A DNA stretch of 64,000 nucleotides, taken from assembly GCA_963719515.1 (NCBI GenBank), contig CAVRCJ010000003.1:65705-129704 (forward strand). The letters run 5' to 3'. Below the pieces are notes generated by a model. The model made no database searches. It was not told the DNA's origin and saw nothing but the letters and a program-made list of their open reading frames with translations. A program made the position numbers and the translations under genes. This document shows positions 48,544 through 59,251 of the stretch, in pieces. The stretch is from an uncultured cyanobacterium. GTDB lineage: Bacteria; Cyanobacteriota; Cyanobacteriia; CAKZMO01. Numbering within the stretch: the first letter of the stretch is position 1; each line of letters begins with the position of its first letter.

Positions 48544-49569
48544 ATGGCTCTTCACGCTGAACTGCACAGACATCTGGGGGGCTCTGTGGTTCCCCGCGTA
48601 TTGTGGCGCTATTTTCAGCGCAGCGACGCTGAGCTGGCGCAGCGCTTTCCCGACTACGCCGAGTTCGAAGCCTTTTATACTCGCCCTCGCAATACCCTAG
48701 ACGAGTACTTGGAGCTGCACACGCTCGTAGAGGGCGTGCAGACCGAGACGGCCCTCCCCTACTTTGTCTACCGGCTGGTGAGGGGAGCCTATATTTTTGA
48801 AAACCTGGCGTATCTAGAGCTGCGCTATACCCCCTACCTGAGAACCCCAGAGCACTTGAGCCAGAGCGATCGCATCGAGGCCATGGCGCGGGTGGTTGAG
48901 GTGGTGGGGGAGGCCGGAAGCATTGAAGACTATCCCATTGTCCTGCGCCAAATCCTATGTATGCATTCCCGGCTGCCCTACGAGGTCAACCGCGCCATCG
49001 TAGACTTGGCGGCGGCGTCACCCTACGTCTGCGCCATAGATTTAGCGGGCGGGGACGCCCACTACAGCGATCGCCTTGCGGAATATGCATCGCTCTACGA
49101 GTACGCCCGCGATCGCGGACTCAAAACCACCGGTCACCTCTACGAGACCACCGACGGCTGCTACCCTGAGCTGCTGCCCTATCTGATGCGTATCGGCCAC
49201 GGCATCCAAATTCCGCTGCGCCACCCCCACCTGCTAAAGGACGTGGCGGCGCGGGGCCAGTGCCTGGAAGTTTGCCCCACGACTTATCTGAAGACGGGAA
49301 CGCTAGAGGAGCTAGGGCAGCTGAAGACCGTATTCGATCGGTGCTTCGACGCAGGGGTAGACATTGCCATCTGCACCGATAACGCCGGACTGCACAACGT
49401 CCGGCTGCCGTTTGAGTATGAAAGCCTACTCACCCACGACATCATCGACTTTGAGCAGCTGCAGGCCTGTCAGCTCGCGTCATTCCGCCACGCCTTTGGC
49501 TGGCCCCACGACACCTATCCCAGCTCTATTCTCTCCAGCGCACTTCAGCAGCCGTCTTTGCCGGTGTAG
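48544..49569 (+). CDS. Adenosine deaminase-family amidohydrolase
   Basis: Has the N-terminal ELHRHLGGS metal motif and DLAGGD, plus GHG and CTDNAG in the expected order. Confidence 0.7.
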   Translation: MALHAELHRHLGGSVVPRVLWRYFQRSDAELAQRFPDYAEFEAFYTRPRNTLDEYLELHTLVEGVQTETALPYFVYRLVRGAYIFENLAYLELRYTPYLRTPEHLSQSDRIEAMARVVEVVGEAGSIEDYPIVLRQILCMHSRLPYEVNRAIVDLAAASPYVCAIDLAGGDAHYSDRLAEYASLYEYARDRGLKTTGHLYETTDGCYPELLPYLMRIGHGIQIPLRHPHLLKDVAARGQCLEVCPTTYLKTGTLEELGQLKTVFDRCFDAGVDIAICTDNAGLHNVRLPFEYESLLTHDIIDFEQLQACQLASFRHAFGWPHDTYPSSILSSALQQPSLPV

Positions 49570-49607
49570 CGCTGGCGGCAGCTGGCTTCGCCCTGCAGGC
49601 GATCGCG

Positions 49608-49952
49608 CTAGAGGCCAGGCAGATTGAGGCCGCCCGTTAGCTCTTCCATGCGATCGCGCATGGTGGCAGTGGATTTGTTGTAGGCGTCCTTCATAGCGGC
49701 GGTAATTAGATCCTCTGCGACGCTGGCTTCTTCCTTGAGGACGTCTGGCGAGAGCACGACCCGACGGGGCTCTTGGTTACCGCTGACGATCACCTTAACC
49801 AAGCCGTCGCCCGCCTGGCCTTCGATCTCCATTTCCTCTAGCTCTTCCTGGAGACGCTTAGCCCCCTCCTGAACCTGTTGAGCCTTTTTGAAGGCGTCTG
49901 CGAGCTCCTTCATTTTGCCTAAACCGAGGCCAAATCCTTGCCCTTTTGTCAT
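49608..49952 (-). CDS. ybaB: YbaB/EbfC-family nucleoid-associated protein
   Basis: Contains [28 protein letters not shown] and [11 protein letters not shown]. The start is placed at the ATG at 49952. The ORF track extends to 50042. Confidence 0.85.
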   Translation of the reverse strand: MTKGQGFGLGLGKMKELADAFKKAQQVQEGAKRLQEELEEMEIEGQAGDGLVKVIVSGNQEPRRVVLSPDVLKEEASVAEDLITAAMKDAYNKSTATMRDRMEELTGGLNLPGL

Positions 49953-50166
49953 GATGTTCCGCTTGTATTGGGTATCTCGTTTACGGTAGTTCGCCACGGA
50001 GGGACGGCTAGAAAACATCCTAACCAATTTTCGCGTCTCCATGCCGCGTGATTGCCGAACGTCGGCGGGCGGCTACTGGCCGGCCAACGTTTACGCCACT
50101 TTAGCAGCTCAGGGCGCTCCCATCGAAATGCGCCGCTGCTAATTTTGGGAATAGCCTTCGCGGGCG

Positions 50167-51219
50167 CTAAAATTCTCCCAGCAGGCGGACCTCGGGATGT
50201 AGCCACACAGACCACCGGCTCTCAACCTGCTGCTGCACATGGGCAATCAGGTTGAAAATGTCCTGGGCAGTGGCCCGCTTTAGGTTGACGATGAAGTTAG
50301 CGTGGCGCTCTGACACCTGCGCTTGCCCAATTTGCCAACCCTTGAGCCCGGTTTGTTCGATCAGCCACCCTGCCTTATGGGATGACGGATTACGAAACAC
50401 GCTGCCGCAGCTCGGTAGGTCATAGGGTTGGGTAGTGTGCCGGTAGTTGAGGTACTCTCGGGTTTCGGCGGTGACCCGCTGGGGATCGAAGCCGGGGGAG
50501 AGCTGAAAGGTCGCTTGAGTCACCAGGCTCTGCTGCTGCTGCAAAATGGACGTCCGGTAGTCAAACTGCATCTGATCGACGCCCAGTCTCTGCACTGTGC
50601 CGTCGGGCAGTATCACCTCAGCGTTTAAAAATATGTCCGCTGTCGACCGGCGGTGAGCTCCTGCATTCATTGCGATCGCACCGCCGACGGTACCCGGAAT
50701 ACCCGCTGCCCACTCTAGCCCTTGCCACCCCCGCTCAGCTACCTGCCAGGCCAGTCGGGCAATAGGTTCGCCCGCCGCTGCCGTGAGCTGCGCAGCTGTG
50801 ACGTTAAGGGCGCTATGCCGCAGGTGGCGCGTGCAGATGACGACCCCAGGAATGCCGCGATCGCTTACTAGTAGGTTTGTGCCTGCCCCTAACAGCGTCA
50901 CAGGCTGACCGCGATCGTGAGCCCACTGAAAACTCTCTTGCAGCTGCTCGGGCGTGCGTGGAGCAATGAACAGCTCGGCTAAGCCGCCTACTTTAAAGGA
51001 CGTGAATTTTCCCAAAGAGACGCAAGGGCGGATTTCACAGCGGGTCTCAGGGAGATAAGCCGGGGCTGGCGATACGCCGATGGGCCCTCTTCCAATTGAG
51101 GTGGAGACTGCCGGCTGGCTCTGAAGTAATCCCTCTCCTGACGATGGGGACACCGGCAGGCCACCTGAAACATTGTCAGCATTGGGGGCAGAGAACTCAG
51201 ACACTGAAGACTCGATCAT
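50167..51219 (-). CDS. murB: UDP-N-acetylenolpyruvoylglucosamine reductase
   Basis: The FAD-binding region has TSFKVGGLAE and LLGAGTNLLVSD. GSVFRNP and the C-terminal domain are present. The N-terminal extension makes the start uncertain. Confidence 0.88.
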   Translation of the reverse strand: MIESSVSEFSAPNADNVSGGLPVSPSSGEGLLQSQPAVSTSIGRGPIGVSPAPAYLPETRCEIRPCVSLGKFTSFKVGGLAELFIAPRTPEQLQESFQWAHDRGQPVTLLGAGTNLLVSDRGIPGVVICTRHLRHSALNVTAAQLTAAAGEPIARLAWQVAERGWQGLEWAAGIPGTVGGAIAMNAGAHRRSTADIFLNAEVILPDGTVQRLGVDQMQFDYRTSILQQQQSLVTQATFQLSPGFDPQRVTAETREYLNYRHTTQPYDLPSCGSVFRNPSSHKAGWLIEQTGLKGWQIGQAQVSERHANFIVNLKRATAQDIFNLIAHVQQQVESRWSVWLHPEVRLLGEF

Positions 51220-52769
51220 TTCACTACTACATTTAGCGATACTTCCGGATAGTTGGGCTCACCTGCGTCTTTTGGCTGAAAGAACGCCATGACTTCAGGA
51301 ATAATCCGGTTAAGGTTACCCGCCCCTAAGAAAAGAGCGACATCCCCAGGAGAAAGCGTGTCTTTTAAATAGGTTGAGACATCCGCCAGGCCCGGCTGAT
51401 AAGTCACGCAGTCGTGGTTGCAGCGAACGGCACTGGCCAGTGTCTCACCGCTGACTAGGGGAGATGAAGCTTCCCCAGCAGCATAAATATCTGTAATCAC
51501 GACGCAGTCGGCGTCGGCAAAGCAGTGAGCAAACTCTTTGAGTAGTGCCAGGGTGCGGCTGTAGCGGTGGGGCTGAAAGACAGCAATGATACGGCGGTGT
51601 GACTGAGCCTGAAGCCGCGCGGACGTCAACGTTGCTTGAATCTCGCTGGGATGGTGAGCATAGTCATCGATGAACGCAATTTGATTGACCTGCCCCCTCA
51701 GCTCGTATCGTCGTCTTGCGCCTTCAAACTCAATGAGCGCTTCGGCGATTGTTTCGAACGGCAACCCAAGTAAACGGCCTAGAGCCACAGCAGCAAGGCT
51801 GTTACTCAAATTGTGAGCGCCCAAAACCTGTAGGCTAAGGCAGCCTAGTGGGGTTCCCCGCTCATAAATGACGGCTTGAGTACCCCTCTCGCTATAGGTA
51901 ATCTCTGCTGCAACATAGTCTGCGTCGCTGTCGGCGTTGATACTGTAGGTGGCAGTGGGCTCCAGCGCCCGCACGACGGTTTCACAGTCAGCAGAAGCAA
52001 TTACAATTTTGCACTGCTGGGAAAACTTTTGAAATATCTGGATAACATCGTCTATGGACTGATAGTGGTCAGGGTGATCTAGCTCAATATTGGTCACGAC
52101 GCCAATCTGGGATGAGAGCTTAACGAGAGAGCCATCTGACTCATCCGCCTCAGCAACAAGGTATTCTCCTGAGCCAGTGCGGGCATTGCCCTGCCAAGCG
52201 CCTACCTCTCCGCCAACGATGATGGTTGGGTCGAGTCCTGCTTTGAGCAGAACATATCCAATCATGCTGGTGGTCGTGGTTTTGCCGTGGGTTCCTGCAA
52301 CGGCGATGCCTCGATAGCTCTGCATCAGCCCCGCCAAAACATCCGATCGATGAAAAATTGGGCAGCCCAAGTCTAAAGCAGCTTGATATTCCGCGTTTGT
52401 TTTGGAAATTGCGGTTGAGCAAATAACCTGTGGAATGCGCTGTTTGGAAGCTGAGTCTTGAGCCAACAACGTTGAGTCACCAGAACGGGACTTCATCACC
52501 GCTGATTGGTAAGATTTGACCGGCACCTCTGTTCGTGCGGTCTTTGGCAAGAACAGGGTCAAGTTCTCTGCGTCTTGAGTGTCAAAAATATGAGCGCCAT
52601 TCTGCTTTAGCCGCTGCGTAATGTGGGTCAGATTTTTGTCTGAACCAGAAACCAAAAGCTTTTGCTTGAGCAAGACATACGCAATAGCTGACATGCCGAT
52701 GCCACCAATTCCGATAAAATGGAACGGTCTGCCGCTAAAATCAACTTGATCTTTAACCTGATTTAGCAT
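51216..52769 (-). CDS. murC: UDP-N-acetylmuramate--L-alanine ligase
   Basis: Contains HFIGIGGIGMSA, VAGTHGKTTTTSM and DDYAHHPSEI. Its stop overlaps the murB start (ATGA). Confidence 0.9.
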   Translation of the reverse strand: MLNQVKDQVDFSGRPFHFIGIGGIGMSAIAYVLLKQKLLVSGSDKNLTHITQRLKQNGAHIFDTQDAENLTLFLPKTARTEVPVKSYQSAVMKSRSGDSTLLAQDSASKQRIPQVICSTAISKTNAEYQAALDLGCPIFHRSDVLAGLMQSYRGIAVAGTHGKTTTTSMIGYVLLKAGLDPTIIVGGEVGAWQGNARTGSGEYLVAEADESDGSLVKLSSQIGVVTNIELDHPDHYQSIDDVIQIFQKFSQQCKIVIASADCETVVRALEPTATYSINADSDADYVAAEITYSERGTQAVIYERGTPLGCLSLQVLGAHNLSNSLAAVALGRLLGLPFETIAEALIEFEGARRRYELRGQVNQIAFIDDYAHHPSEIQATLTSARLQAQSHRRIIAVFQPHRYSRTLALLKEFAHCFADADCVVITDIYAAGEASSPLVSGETLASAVRCNHDCVTYQPGLADVSTYLKDTLSPGDVALFLGAGNLNRIIPEVMAFFQPKDAGEPNYPEVSLNVVVK

Positions 52770-53345
52770 CTAATTCCCTCACACCGCGCTGTACCAGAGA
52801 TACCGGGTCATCATAACAAGGTTTGTTTCGTGAGCATACATAGAGGTAGACATATCTTGGTAGACCTCAGGAAAATGACAGACGACAGCGCTGTTGTCTG
52901 CGATGAGATTTTAATCGAGGTCACGTCGCCCTTTTTCTCACAACTCGATTTTCCTTGAGCGCAGATGCCTCTCAATCTAAGGAATCTTAGGCCGCCTGCA
53001 AAGTGCTTGCCGTTGCATTTGCATCTTTCTTCGGGTAATTGTAGTGACTATACACCGAAGATCCTGACTCGTCAGGGTCCGATCAGGACAGTGCGGCTGC
53101 TGGTTGGTCTCACCCTGCTCAGGTCTTAACGACTCTAGGCGTCGGCCTAGCAGAGGCAGACTATACCCTGAACAATATAATTTGCGGTCAAATGCTGCGA
53201 TCGCCTTGTCGCCACTAGCGCAATCGACCCTGTGTCATCATCTCTCAGGATTTTGCTGCAAACGGAAGTCGCGGTCCCCGGAGATGATATGATCTGACTC
53301 GACATTGGAGGTTTGGATTTTAGTTAAGCAAGAGGGCAAGACGCA

Positions 53346-54362
53346 GTGATTAGAGTAGCGATTAACGGTTTTGGACGTATTGGGCGCAATTTCTTGCGAT
53401 GCTGGCTGACTCGAGAGAACAGCGGTCTCGACGTTGTGGCAATCAATGATACGTCCGATCCCGGCACAAACGCGCACCTGCTGACATACGACTCCATGTT
53501 GGGCAAGCTAGATGCGGATATTACGGCTGATGACAATTCCATCACCGTTAACGGTAAGCCGATCAAATGCGTATCCGATCGCAATCCCCTCAATCTGCCG
53601 TGGAAAGCGTGGGACATCGACTTAGTTATCGAGTCAACCGGGGTCTTCAGGGACGAAGCAGGCGCGGGCAAGCACATCGAAGCCGGTGCTCAGAAAGTTT
53701 TGATTACGGCTCCGGGAAAGGGTAGTGGTGTTGGCACCTACGTCATGGGTGTGAACCACCAAGACTACTCCCATGATGGATACAGCGTCATCAGCAACGC
53801 CAGCTGTACGACCAACTGCCTAGCACCTGTCGTCAAAGTCCTTCACGACAACTTCGGCATCATCAAAGGCACGATGACCACCACCCACAGCTACACAGGA
53901 GACCAGCGTCTTCTAGATGCGAGCCACAGAGATGTGCGCCGTGCCCGCGCCGCCGCCCTCAATATTGTCCCGACCACGACCGGAGCTGCCCAGGCGGTTG
54001 CTCTAGTCATTCCAGACATGAAGGGACGGCTGAACGGCATTGCGCTGCGCGTCCCTACGCCCAATGTGTCTGTGGTCGATTTAGTGGCTCAAGTCGAGAA
54101 AAAGACGATTACCGAGCAGGTTAACGAGACGCTGAAGGCTGCTGCTGAAGGCCCTATGAAAGGTGTTTTAGGCTATAGCGACCTTCCCTTGGTTTCGTCC
54201 GACTATAGGAAGAGCGATGACTCTTCTATCGTTGACGCCAGCTTGACGCTGGTGATGGAAGGCGACCTTGTTAAGGTTATCGCTTGGTACGACAACGAGT
54301 GGGGCTATAGTCAGCGCGTTGTTGACCTAGCTGAGCTGGTTGCTGAGAAGTGGGCTGCTTAG
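53346..54362 (+). CDS. gap2: Glyceraldehyde-3-phosphate dehydrogenase (Gap2/GapA type)
   Basis: Contains [23 protein letters not shown] and WYDNEWGYS. It has a GTG start. Confidence 0.95.
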   Translation: MIRVAINGFGRIGRNFLRCWLTRENSGLDVVAINDTSDPGTNAHLLTYDSMLGKLDADITADDNSITVNGKPIKCVSDRNPLNLPWKAWDIDLVIESTGVFRDEAGAGKHIEAGAQKVLITAPGKGSGVGTYVMGVNHQDYSHDGYSVISNASCTTNCLAPVVKVLHDNFGIIKGTMTTTHSYTGDQRLLDASHRDVRRARAAALNIVPTTTGAAQAVALVIPDMKGRLNGIALRVPTPNVSVVDLVAQVEKKTITEQVNETLKAAAEGPMKGVLGYSDLPLVSSDYRKSDDSSIVDASLTLVMEGDLVKVIAWYDNEWGYSQRVVDLAELVAEKWAA

Positions 54363-54392
54363 GCGGTTCAACCTGGTTCAACCTAGCAGGCC

Positions 54393-54430
54393 AAGCAGCA
54401 GGGGCATAGTACACTATGCCCCTGCTGCTT
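54393..54430. terminator. Terminator between the convergent gap2 and response-regulator genes
   Basis: Stem aagcagcaggggcatagt / actatgcccctgctgctt, followed by ATTTGT on the plus strand. Confidence 0.65.
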
Positions 54431-54487
54431 ATTTGTCGGTTTCATGCGCAGGTTCGTCAGGGACAGGAATAATCTGCCGTATGGCAA

Positions 54488-55210
54488 TTATCCTGCAGCT
54501 ACTGCGCTTGCTTCAGCGCCTTCGGGGGCTTCAAACTTATAGCCTACGCCTCGCACTGTCTGTATCAGAGCTGGCTGCGAGGTGTCGGTTTCGATCTTCT
54601 TTCTGATCTGACCGATATGCACATCGACAACGCGCTGATCGCCGACGTATTCATAATCCCAGACCTTTTGAATAAGCTCTGCTCGCCGCCATACGCGCCC
54701 GGGGTGGCTGGCTAGGAAGTGAAGCAAATCAAACTCAAGGGCAGTTAGGGAAATTGGACTACTGTCCAGCGTCACCTCCCGCCTAACTGGGTCGATCATC
54801 AAGCGGTTAAACGTGAGTCTTTGCTGCTCAGCTGCCGTGACGGGACGCTGGCGCTTCAAGATCGCTCCCACCCGCACCTCTAGCTCTCCCAAACTAAAAG
54901 GCTTGGTCAGATAGTCGTCCGCGCCCTGGGAGAATCCTCTGATTTTATCGGCCTCGTCGGTACGGCTCGTCAACATCAAGACAAACACGCCCGTGCGCTT
55001 TTGCATGTCCTCACAGAGGGCATAGCCCGTGGCGTCGGGTAAGTTAACGTCAAGAATGACTAAGTCCGGGTTGAACTGCTCAAAAACAGAGAGCGCTGAC
55101 TTCCCGTCTTCAGCGGATTCAACGTGGTAGTCGTGTTTAGATAAGAATCGATAGATAAGCGTCCGGATTGCAGGATCGTCATCAACGACAAGGATCTTGG
55201 CTGATGCCAT
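54488..55210 (-). CDS. OmpR-family two-component response regulator (orphan, no adjacent kinase)
   Basis: The receiver domain has ILVVDDD, the phospho-acceptor in LVILDVNLPD, and TKPF. The winged-helix output has LTALEFDLLHFL and VRGVGYKF. Confidence 0.9.
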   Translation of the reverse strand: MASAKILVVDDDPAIRTLIYRFLSKHDYHVESAEDGKSALSVFEQFNPDLVILDVNLPDATGYALCEDMQKRTGVFVLMLTSRTDEADKIRGFSQGADDYLTKPFSLGELEVRVGAILKRQRPVTAAEQQRLTFNRLMIDPVRREVTLDSSPISLTALEFDLLHFLASHPGRVWRRAELIQKVWDYEYVGDQRVVDVHIGQIRKKIETDTSQPALIQTVRGVGYKFEAPEGAEASAVAAG

Positions 55211-55709
55211 AGTCGTAACCTGTGTGCTAAAGAAATAGTGAACATCTATACAAAGCGAGATGCCTTCTTGGGAAGGCTGTAGTATGCTGACCTTGGAGAT
55301 CAGCCATCAAGACCACTGGCCGGGCCAGTAGCTACACCCAATCAGCGGAAGCAGCCGAGTGTCGGCACCACCGCTAGTCAATGTTAACCGATAGTCAAAA
55401 AAGAATAAGCCGAGACTATGCATACCGCATTATAACTAGCAGGTTCAAATGTGCTCCACCCAATAAGATTAGAGAAAGTGCCGCTTCAATCGTGGACGAT
55501 TCGGGGTTAGATTTGCGAGAATCTATATAGGCGTACCGCTATAGTCTATTGCGGACGTCACTGTACCGAATCCGGGATCTTCGGTAAATCCAGAGCAATA
55601 CTCTCAGCAGCCTGGACAGGTAACATGGGAGAGCTAGACTGATAATGTGGATTTTGGTTAGTCTAGGTTAATTCAGTCTAGTTGTTGCTAGCCCAACAGG
55701 GATTAATAG

Positions 55710-56318
55710 ATGAGCACTCAGAGCTACTATGACAAATTGGGGGTCGATGAAAATTCCTCATTTGAGGAGATTCAGAATGCTCGTAGCCGACTCCTAGACG
55801 AACACGGCAGCGATCGCAAGCTGGCTGACGACATTGAGGCGGCCTACGACGCCATCCTGATGGATCGGCTACGGCTGCGTCAAGAAGGAAAGATCCGGGT
55901 TCCGGACCGCATTCGATTTCCTGAACGGCTTGCGGCTGAAGCGCCGTCCCAATCTGCTTCAGCGCCCGCTAAGCAGTCCTTGGGCTGGCTGCAGCGCTCC
56001 ATTGATAACCCCAGCCAGAGCGAAGTGATTTGGCCCGCCCTGTCATTTGTTGGGGTAGGGGCACTGGGTCTTGCGAGTCCATCGGTGGCCCTGGCGCTCG
56101 GCGTTGGATTCTGTCTCTACTTCCTCAACCGCAAGGAGCGAAAATTTGGGCGATCGCTCTTGCTCACCCTTGCGGCGCTTATCTTTGGAGTTGTGCTCGG
56201 CCTGCAGATCGGTAACCTCACAGCCCTCCAGCTCAGCGCATTTCAGATGACGCCTGATGCATTTGCTGCGTTGGTGACAGCGTTTGTCTTTTGGTTGACG
56301 AGCAGCTTCCTTCGGTAG
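55710..56318 (+). CDS. CPP1/CDF1-like J-like domain membrane protein (DUF3353)
   Basis: The N-terminal J-like region is YYDKLGVDENSSFEEIQNARSRLL with no HPD motif. Three C-terminal TM segments follow. Confidence 0.6.
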   Translation: MSTQSYYDKLGVDENSSFEEIQNARSRLLDEHGSDRKLADDIEAAYDAILMDRLRLRQEGKIRVPDRIRFPERLAAEAPSQSASAPAKQSLGWLQRSIDNPSQSEVIWPALSFVGVGALGLASPSVALALGVGFCLYFLNRKERKFGRSLLLTLAALIFGVVLGLQIGNLTALQLSAFQMTPDAFAALVTAFVFWLTSSFLR

Positions 56319-57053
56319 AGACATCGTGGCAGAGATTTAATAGGGTATAGGGCCACGGGAGTAGAGGGCGCTGAAGCCGGAGGCGTAGGCGCTAAAGCGA
56401 CAGAGGTTAGAAGGTCTAGCGCCGAAGAGTACGCCTAGTTCTGCTCGCTGCTGAGGAAACGATAAAGATTTTCAAAGAATAGGCCCGTCAAAACTGACGC
56501 GGCCTAAAATTTTGTGCGCGTGCCGCCGACCGGCCTGAATGTGCGATCGCCATTGAAAAGAGTTCTAAAGCGGCAGGGCTAGTGTCAAACGTTCGCAATG
56601 GTTTCTTGAGAATGCGGTTGATGCTGTAGGTGAGAAGTGCAGTATCAACCGCGATATGCGCCTACCCTGCCGCGATGATGCGATGGGGCGGCCCGATTAC
56701 CCTACGGGCGCGTTTAAATGAGCGCTGCCTCATCAGATAGCTCAGCACCTGCCCCTCTGCAGGGGTAATCCTGACGCTTTTCTCGCCAATGGTGGCGAAG
56801 TCGCTCCACAGGCCCACGGCAAAAGTCTAAGGCAGGGTTCGTCTGTCGCCGACTAGGACGCGATCGTCGCTGATGACCAAATTTCTGGGGAGTAGAGCGC
56901 TACAGCGAACGGCTCTAGATGGAGGAAATAGCGTATCGAGGAGCAGTATGCAAGCCAAATGATTTCGCTGCGATCGCCCCACGCTTTACTTGCCTCGCTC
57001 CCAAGGATTGCGTACCATCAAGCTAGCAAGCTGAATACTCATTTGCATTTTCC

Positions 57054-57518
57054 ATGGCAAACTGGCTACGCCCCCTCCTAGAGCCGATCGCATCCTGGTT
57101 CAATAGCTTAGGCATTCCCACCCCCATCATCAGCTGGGGCCACCCTGCCATGATGGCCATTGTCGTCTTCGTGCTGGGGAGTTATGTCGGGCTAACGGGC
57201 TGGCGGGTCCGCAAAGTTAACGATGCGGAGAGCGCCAAAAGTCACAAAGTTCTAGCTCCAATGATGTTTGCCTTTATGGCCATCGGCTCCACGGGCGGCC
57301 TGCTGGCCCTAGTGATGCGGGGCGAACCCATCATGAGCAGCCCCCACTTTTGGACTGGCACCGGGGTCTTGCTTTTGCTGAGCGCCAACGCGGCGATCGC
57401 CCTCTTAGGATTCAAGGGGGGTACCCTCAGGCAGGCCCACGCCTATATCGGCAGCACCGCGCTGTGCCTTGCCTTTCTGCATGCGGTGTTCGGCCTGAAG
57501 CTGGGGCTATCGATCTAG
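57054..57518 (+). CDS. DUF4079-like four-TM membrane protein
   Basis: 154-aa ORF with four hydrophobic segments and conserved His residues (GHPAMM, AHAYIG, FLHAVFG). Confidence 0.5.
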   Translation: MANWLRPLLEPIASWFNSLGIPTPIISWGHPAMMAIVVFVLGSYVGLTGWRVRKVNDAESAKSHKVLAPMMFAFMAIGSTGGLLALVMRGEPIMSSPHFWTGTGVLLLLSANAAIALLGFKGGTLRQAHAYIGSTALCLAFLHAVFGLKLGLSI

Positions 57519-57623
57519 CCTCAAAAGCGGCGCTAAGCCTTAAATCATTCCATAAAATCGACCGGCATCGCCGTAAGCAGCGTTACACCTAAGGGAGTGA
57601 TTTAGTCTCCTGAGGTCATTGCT

Positions 57624-57944
57624 ATGGCGACGAAACAGACGTTTAAGAGCTTTGAGGACATGCTAGCGGGGTCAGAGCTGCCGCTGCTCGTGGATTTCTA
57701 CGCGACCTGGTGCGGCCCTTGCCAGATGATGGTGCCGATTCTCGACCAGGTTGGCTCCCGGCTCAAAGGCCAGCTGCAGGTGGTGAAGATTGACACCGAA
57801 AAATACCCAGCGATCGCCAGTCAGCACCAAATTCACGCCCTGCCGACCTTGGTATTGTTCAAGAATGGCCAGCCTGCCCATCGAATTGAGGGTGCTCAGA
57901 CGGCCGATCAGCTGGTGCAGACGCTAACGCCGCTGCTGGCTTAG
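57624..57944 (+). CDS. trxA: Thioredoxin
   Basis: 106-aa ORF with the WCGPC active site and the typical IHALPTLVLFKNG. Confidence 0.9.
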   Translation: MATKQTFKSFEDMLAGSELPLLVDFYATWCGPCQMMVPILDQVGSRLKGQLQVVKIDTEKYPAIASQHQIHALPTLVLFKNGQPAHRIEGAQTADQLVQTLTPLLA

Positions 57945-57946
57945 TT

Positions 57947-58034
57947 ATAGCAAATGTCCTAAGGCTTAGGACATTTGCGCGCCGCATTGCCTATGCTATG
58001 TAAGGGTTTGAGTCCACGACATTGTCCTAAGCAA
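57947..58034 (-). repeat. 88-nt dispersed element, copy 2 (just after the trx stop)
   Basis: This is the reverse complement of copy 1 at 42243-42331. It contains a perfect 14-bp hairpin, gcaaatgtcctaag g cttaggacatttgc (57950-57978), which may also terminate trx. Confidence 0.6.
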
Positions 58035-58081
58035 TGTGGCCAAAGCTATATTTACAGCTGGAGACACAGCGAGCAGGCCCA

Positions 58082-59233
58082 ATGGGTTTAGAGTTGAGCG
58101 CCATCGCAGCAATTGACCAACAGGGCTATGCTCTGCTGCTGCCCGACGTTGCGGCGACCCTGCCCTACGCCGCTATCTTCACCAAGAGTCACGATTCTGA
58201 AGTCATCAAGCAGGTGCCGCACACCCTGGCCTATCGGCGCGGCCTGCGAACCATAGCCGCGCTGCTAGACTGCGAGGCAACTGCAGAGGCGATCGCCGAA
58301 AAGCGAGCCGCAATGGACTGGGAGACCTTGGCCGAGCATTGCCTCACCTCGGCGAATCTAGAGAGTTTATTGCTAGACGACAGCGTTTTACCAGAGGCCT
58401 CTCTACCCATAAGCGGGCACCAGCGCCTGATCCCCACGCGCCGAATTTTGCAGCTCGAATCTCTTGCGGAGGCTTTACTACCGCAGGTGAACCAGTTTGA
58501 GGTGTTTTTAGAATGGTTCCGCAGCGAGCTCGATCCCCTGCCTGCAGGGGTAGTGGCCTTCAAAAGTATTGCGGCCTACCGGGGCGGGCTAGACCTTTCG
58601 AGCGTTACCTACGAGCAGGCGGCCCTCAGCTTTGAGGGGATACAGGACGCCATTGACGCGGCGGTCCAAAAGAACCCCGCTGCGAGAGGCCGCGATGGCG
58701 CCCGCTTAGACAAGCCCATGACCTGCTTTTTGCTGGCCCATGCCTTGGAAATTGCGGCCAAGTACAGGTTGCCGGTTCAGATGCACGTCGGGGCTGGGGA
58801 CACCACCTTGGATTTGCGGCTTGCCAATCCCCTGCACCTGCGCGCCCTGCTAGACTCACCGGTTGGCCGTCAGGTGCCCTTTGTGCTGCAGGGAGCCTTT
58901 CCCTTTGTGCGGGAAGCGGGCTATCTGGCCGCCGCCTACCCTCAGGTTCACGTGGAATTTGGGCCAGCGGGGCTGCTGTTGAGCACCGCTGGCGGGCAGC
59001 AAGCGCTAGAGACGCTGCTAGAGCTTTGCCCCACCCGCAAACTCCTCTATGGGTCGGGGGGGCGATTTTTGCCAGACGCCTTCTACATCGCGGCGGTAGT
59101 AGGGCGGCAGCGACTGGCTCAGGTGTTGGAGAAGGCCGTCTCCGACGGGGATTTCACGGGTCAGCAAGCGGAAGCGGCGGCGATCGCTCTCCTGCAGGGC
59201 AACGCTCGACGGCTCTACCTAAGATCGTCGTAG
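58082..59233 (+). CDS. Amidohydrolase-related TIM-barrel protein
   Basis: Contains VQMHVGAGDT, ANPLHLRALLD and LLYGSGG. The expected N-terminal HxH is not obvious (AIDQQGY). The start is placed at the ATG at 58082. The ORF track starts at 58034, inside the repeat. Confidence 0.45.
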   Translation: MGLELSAIAAIDQQGYALLLPDVAATLPYAAIFTKSHDSEVIKQVPHTLAYRRGLRTIAALLDCEATAEAIAEKRAAMDWETLAEHCLTSANLESLLLDDSVLPEASLPISGHQRLIPTRRILQLESLAEALLPQVNQFEVFLEWFRSELDPLPAGVVAFKSIAAYRGGLDLSSVTYEQAALSFEGIQDAIDAAVQKNPAARGRDGARLDKPMTCFLLAHALEIAAKYRLPVQMHVGAGDTTLDLRLANPLHLRALLDSPVGRQVPFVLQGAFPFVREAGYLAAAYPQVHVEFGPAGLLLSTAGGQQALETLLELCPTRKLLYGSGGRFLPDAFYIAAVVGRQRLAQVLEKAVSDGDFTGQQAEAAAIALLQGNARRLYLRSS

Positions 59234-59251
59234 TGCGCTGGCAAGCCCAAT

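Noticed and set aside
56690-56830. A possible IS630-type transposase N-terminal remnant on the minus strand (..ITPAEGQVLSYLMRQRSFKRARRVIGPPHRIIAAG*) in the 734-bp gene-free interval 56319-57053
   Set aside because: It is a short (~50 codon) frame with only a vague resemblance to the RA.IIL.AA.G helix-turn-helix. That is not enough to call a feature, though the interval is worth a database search.
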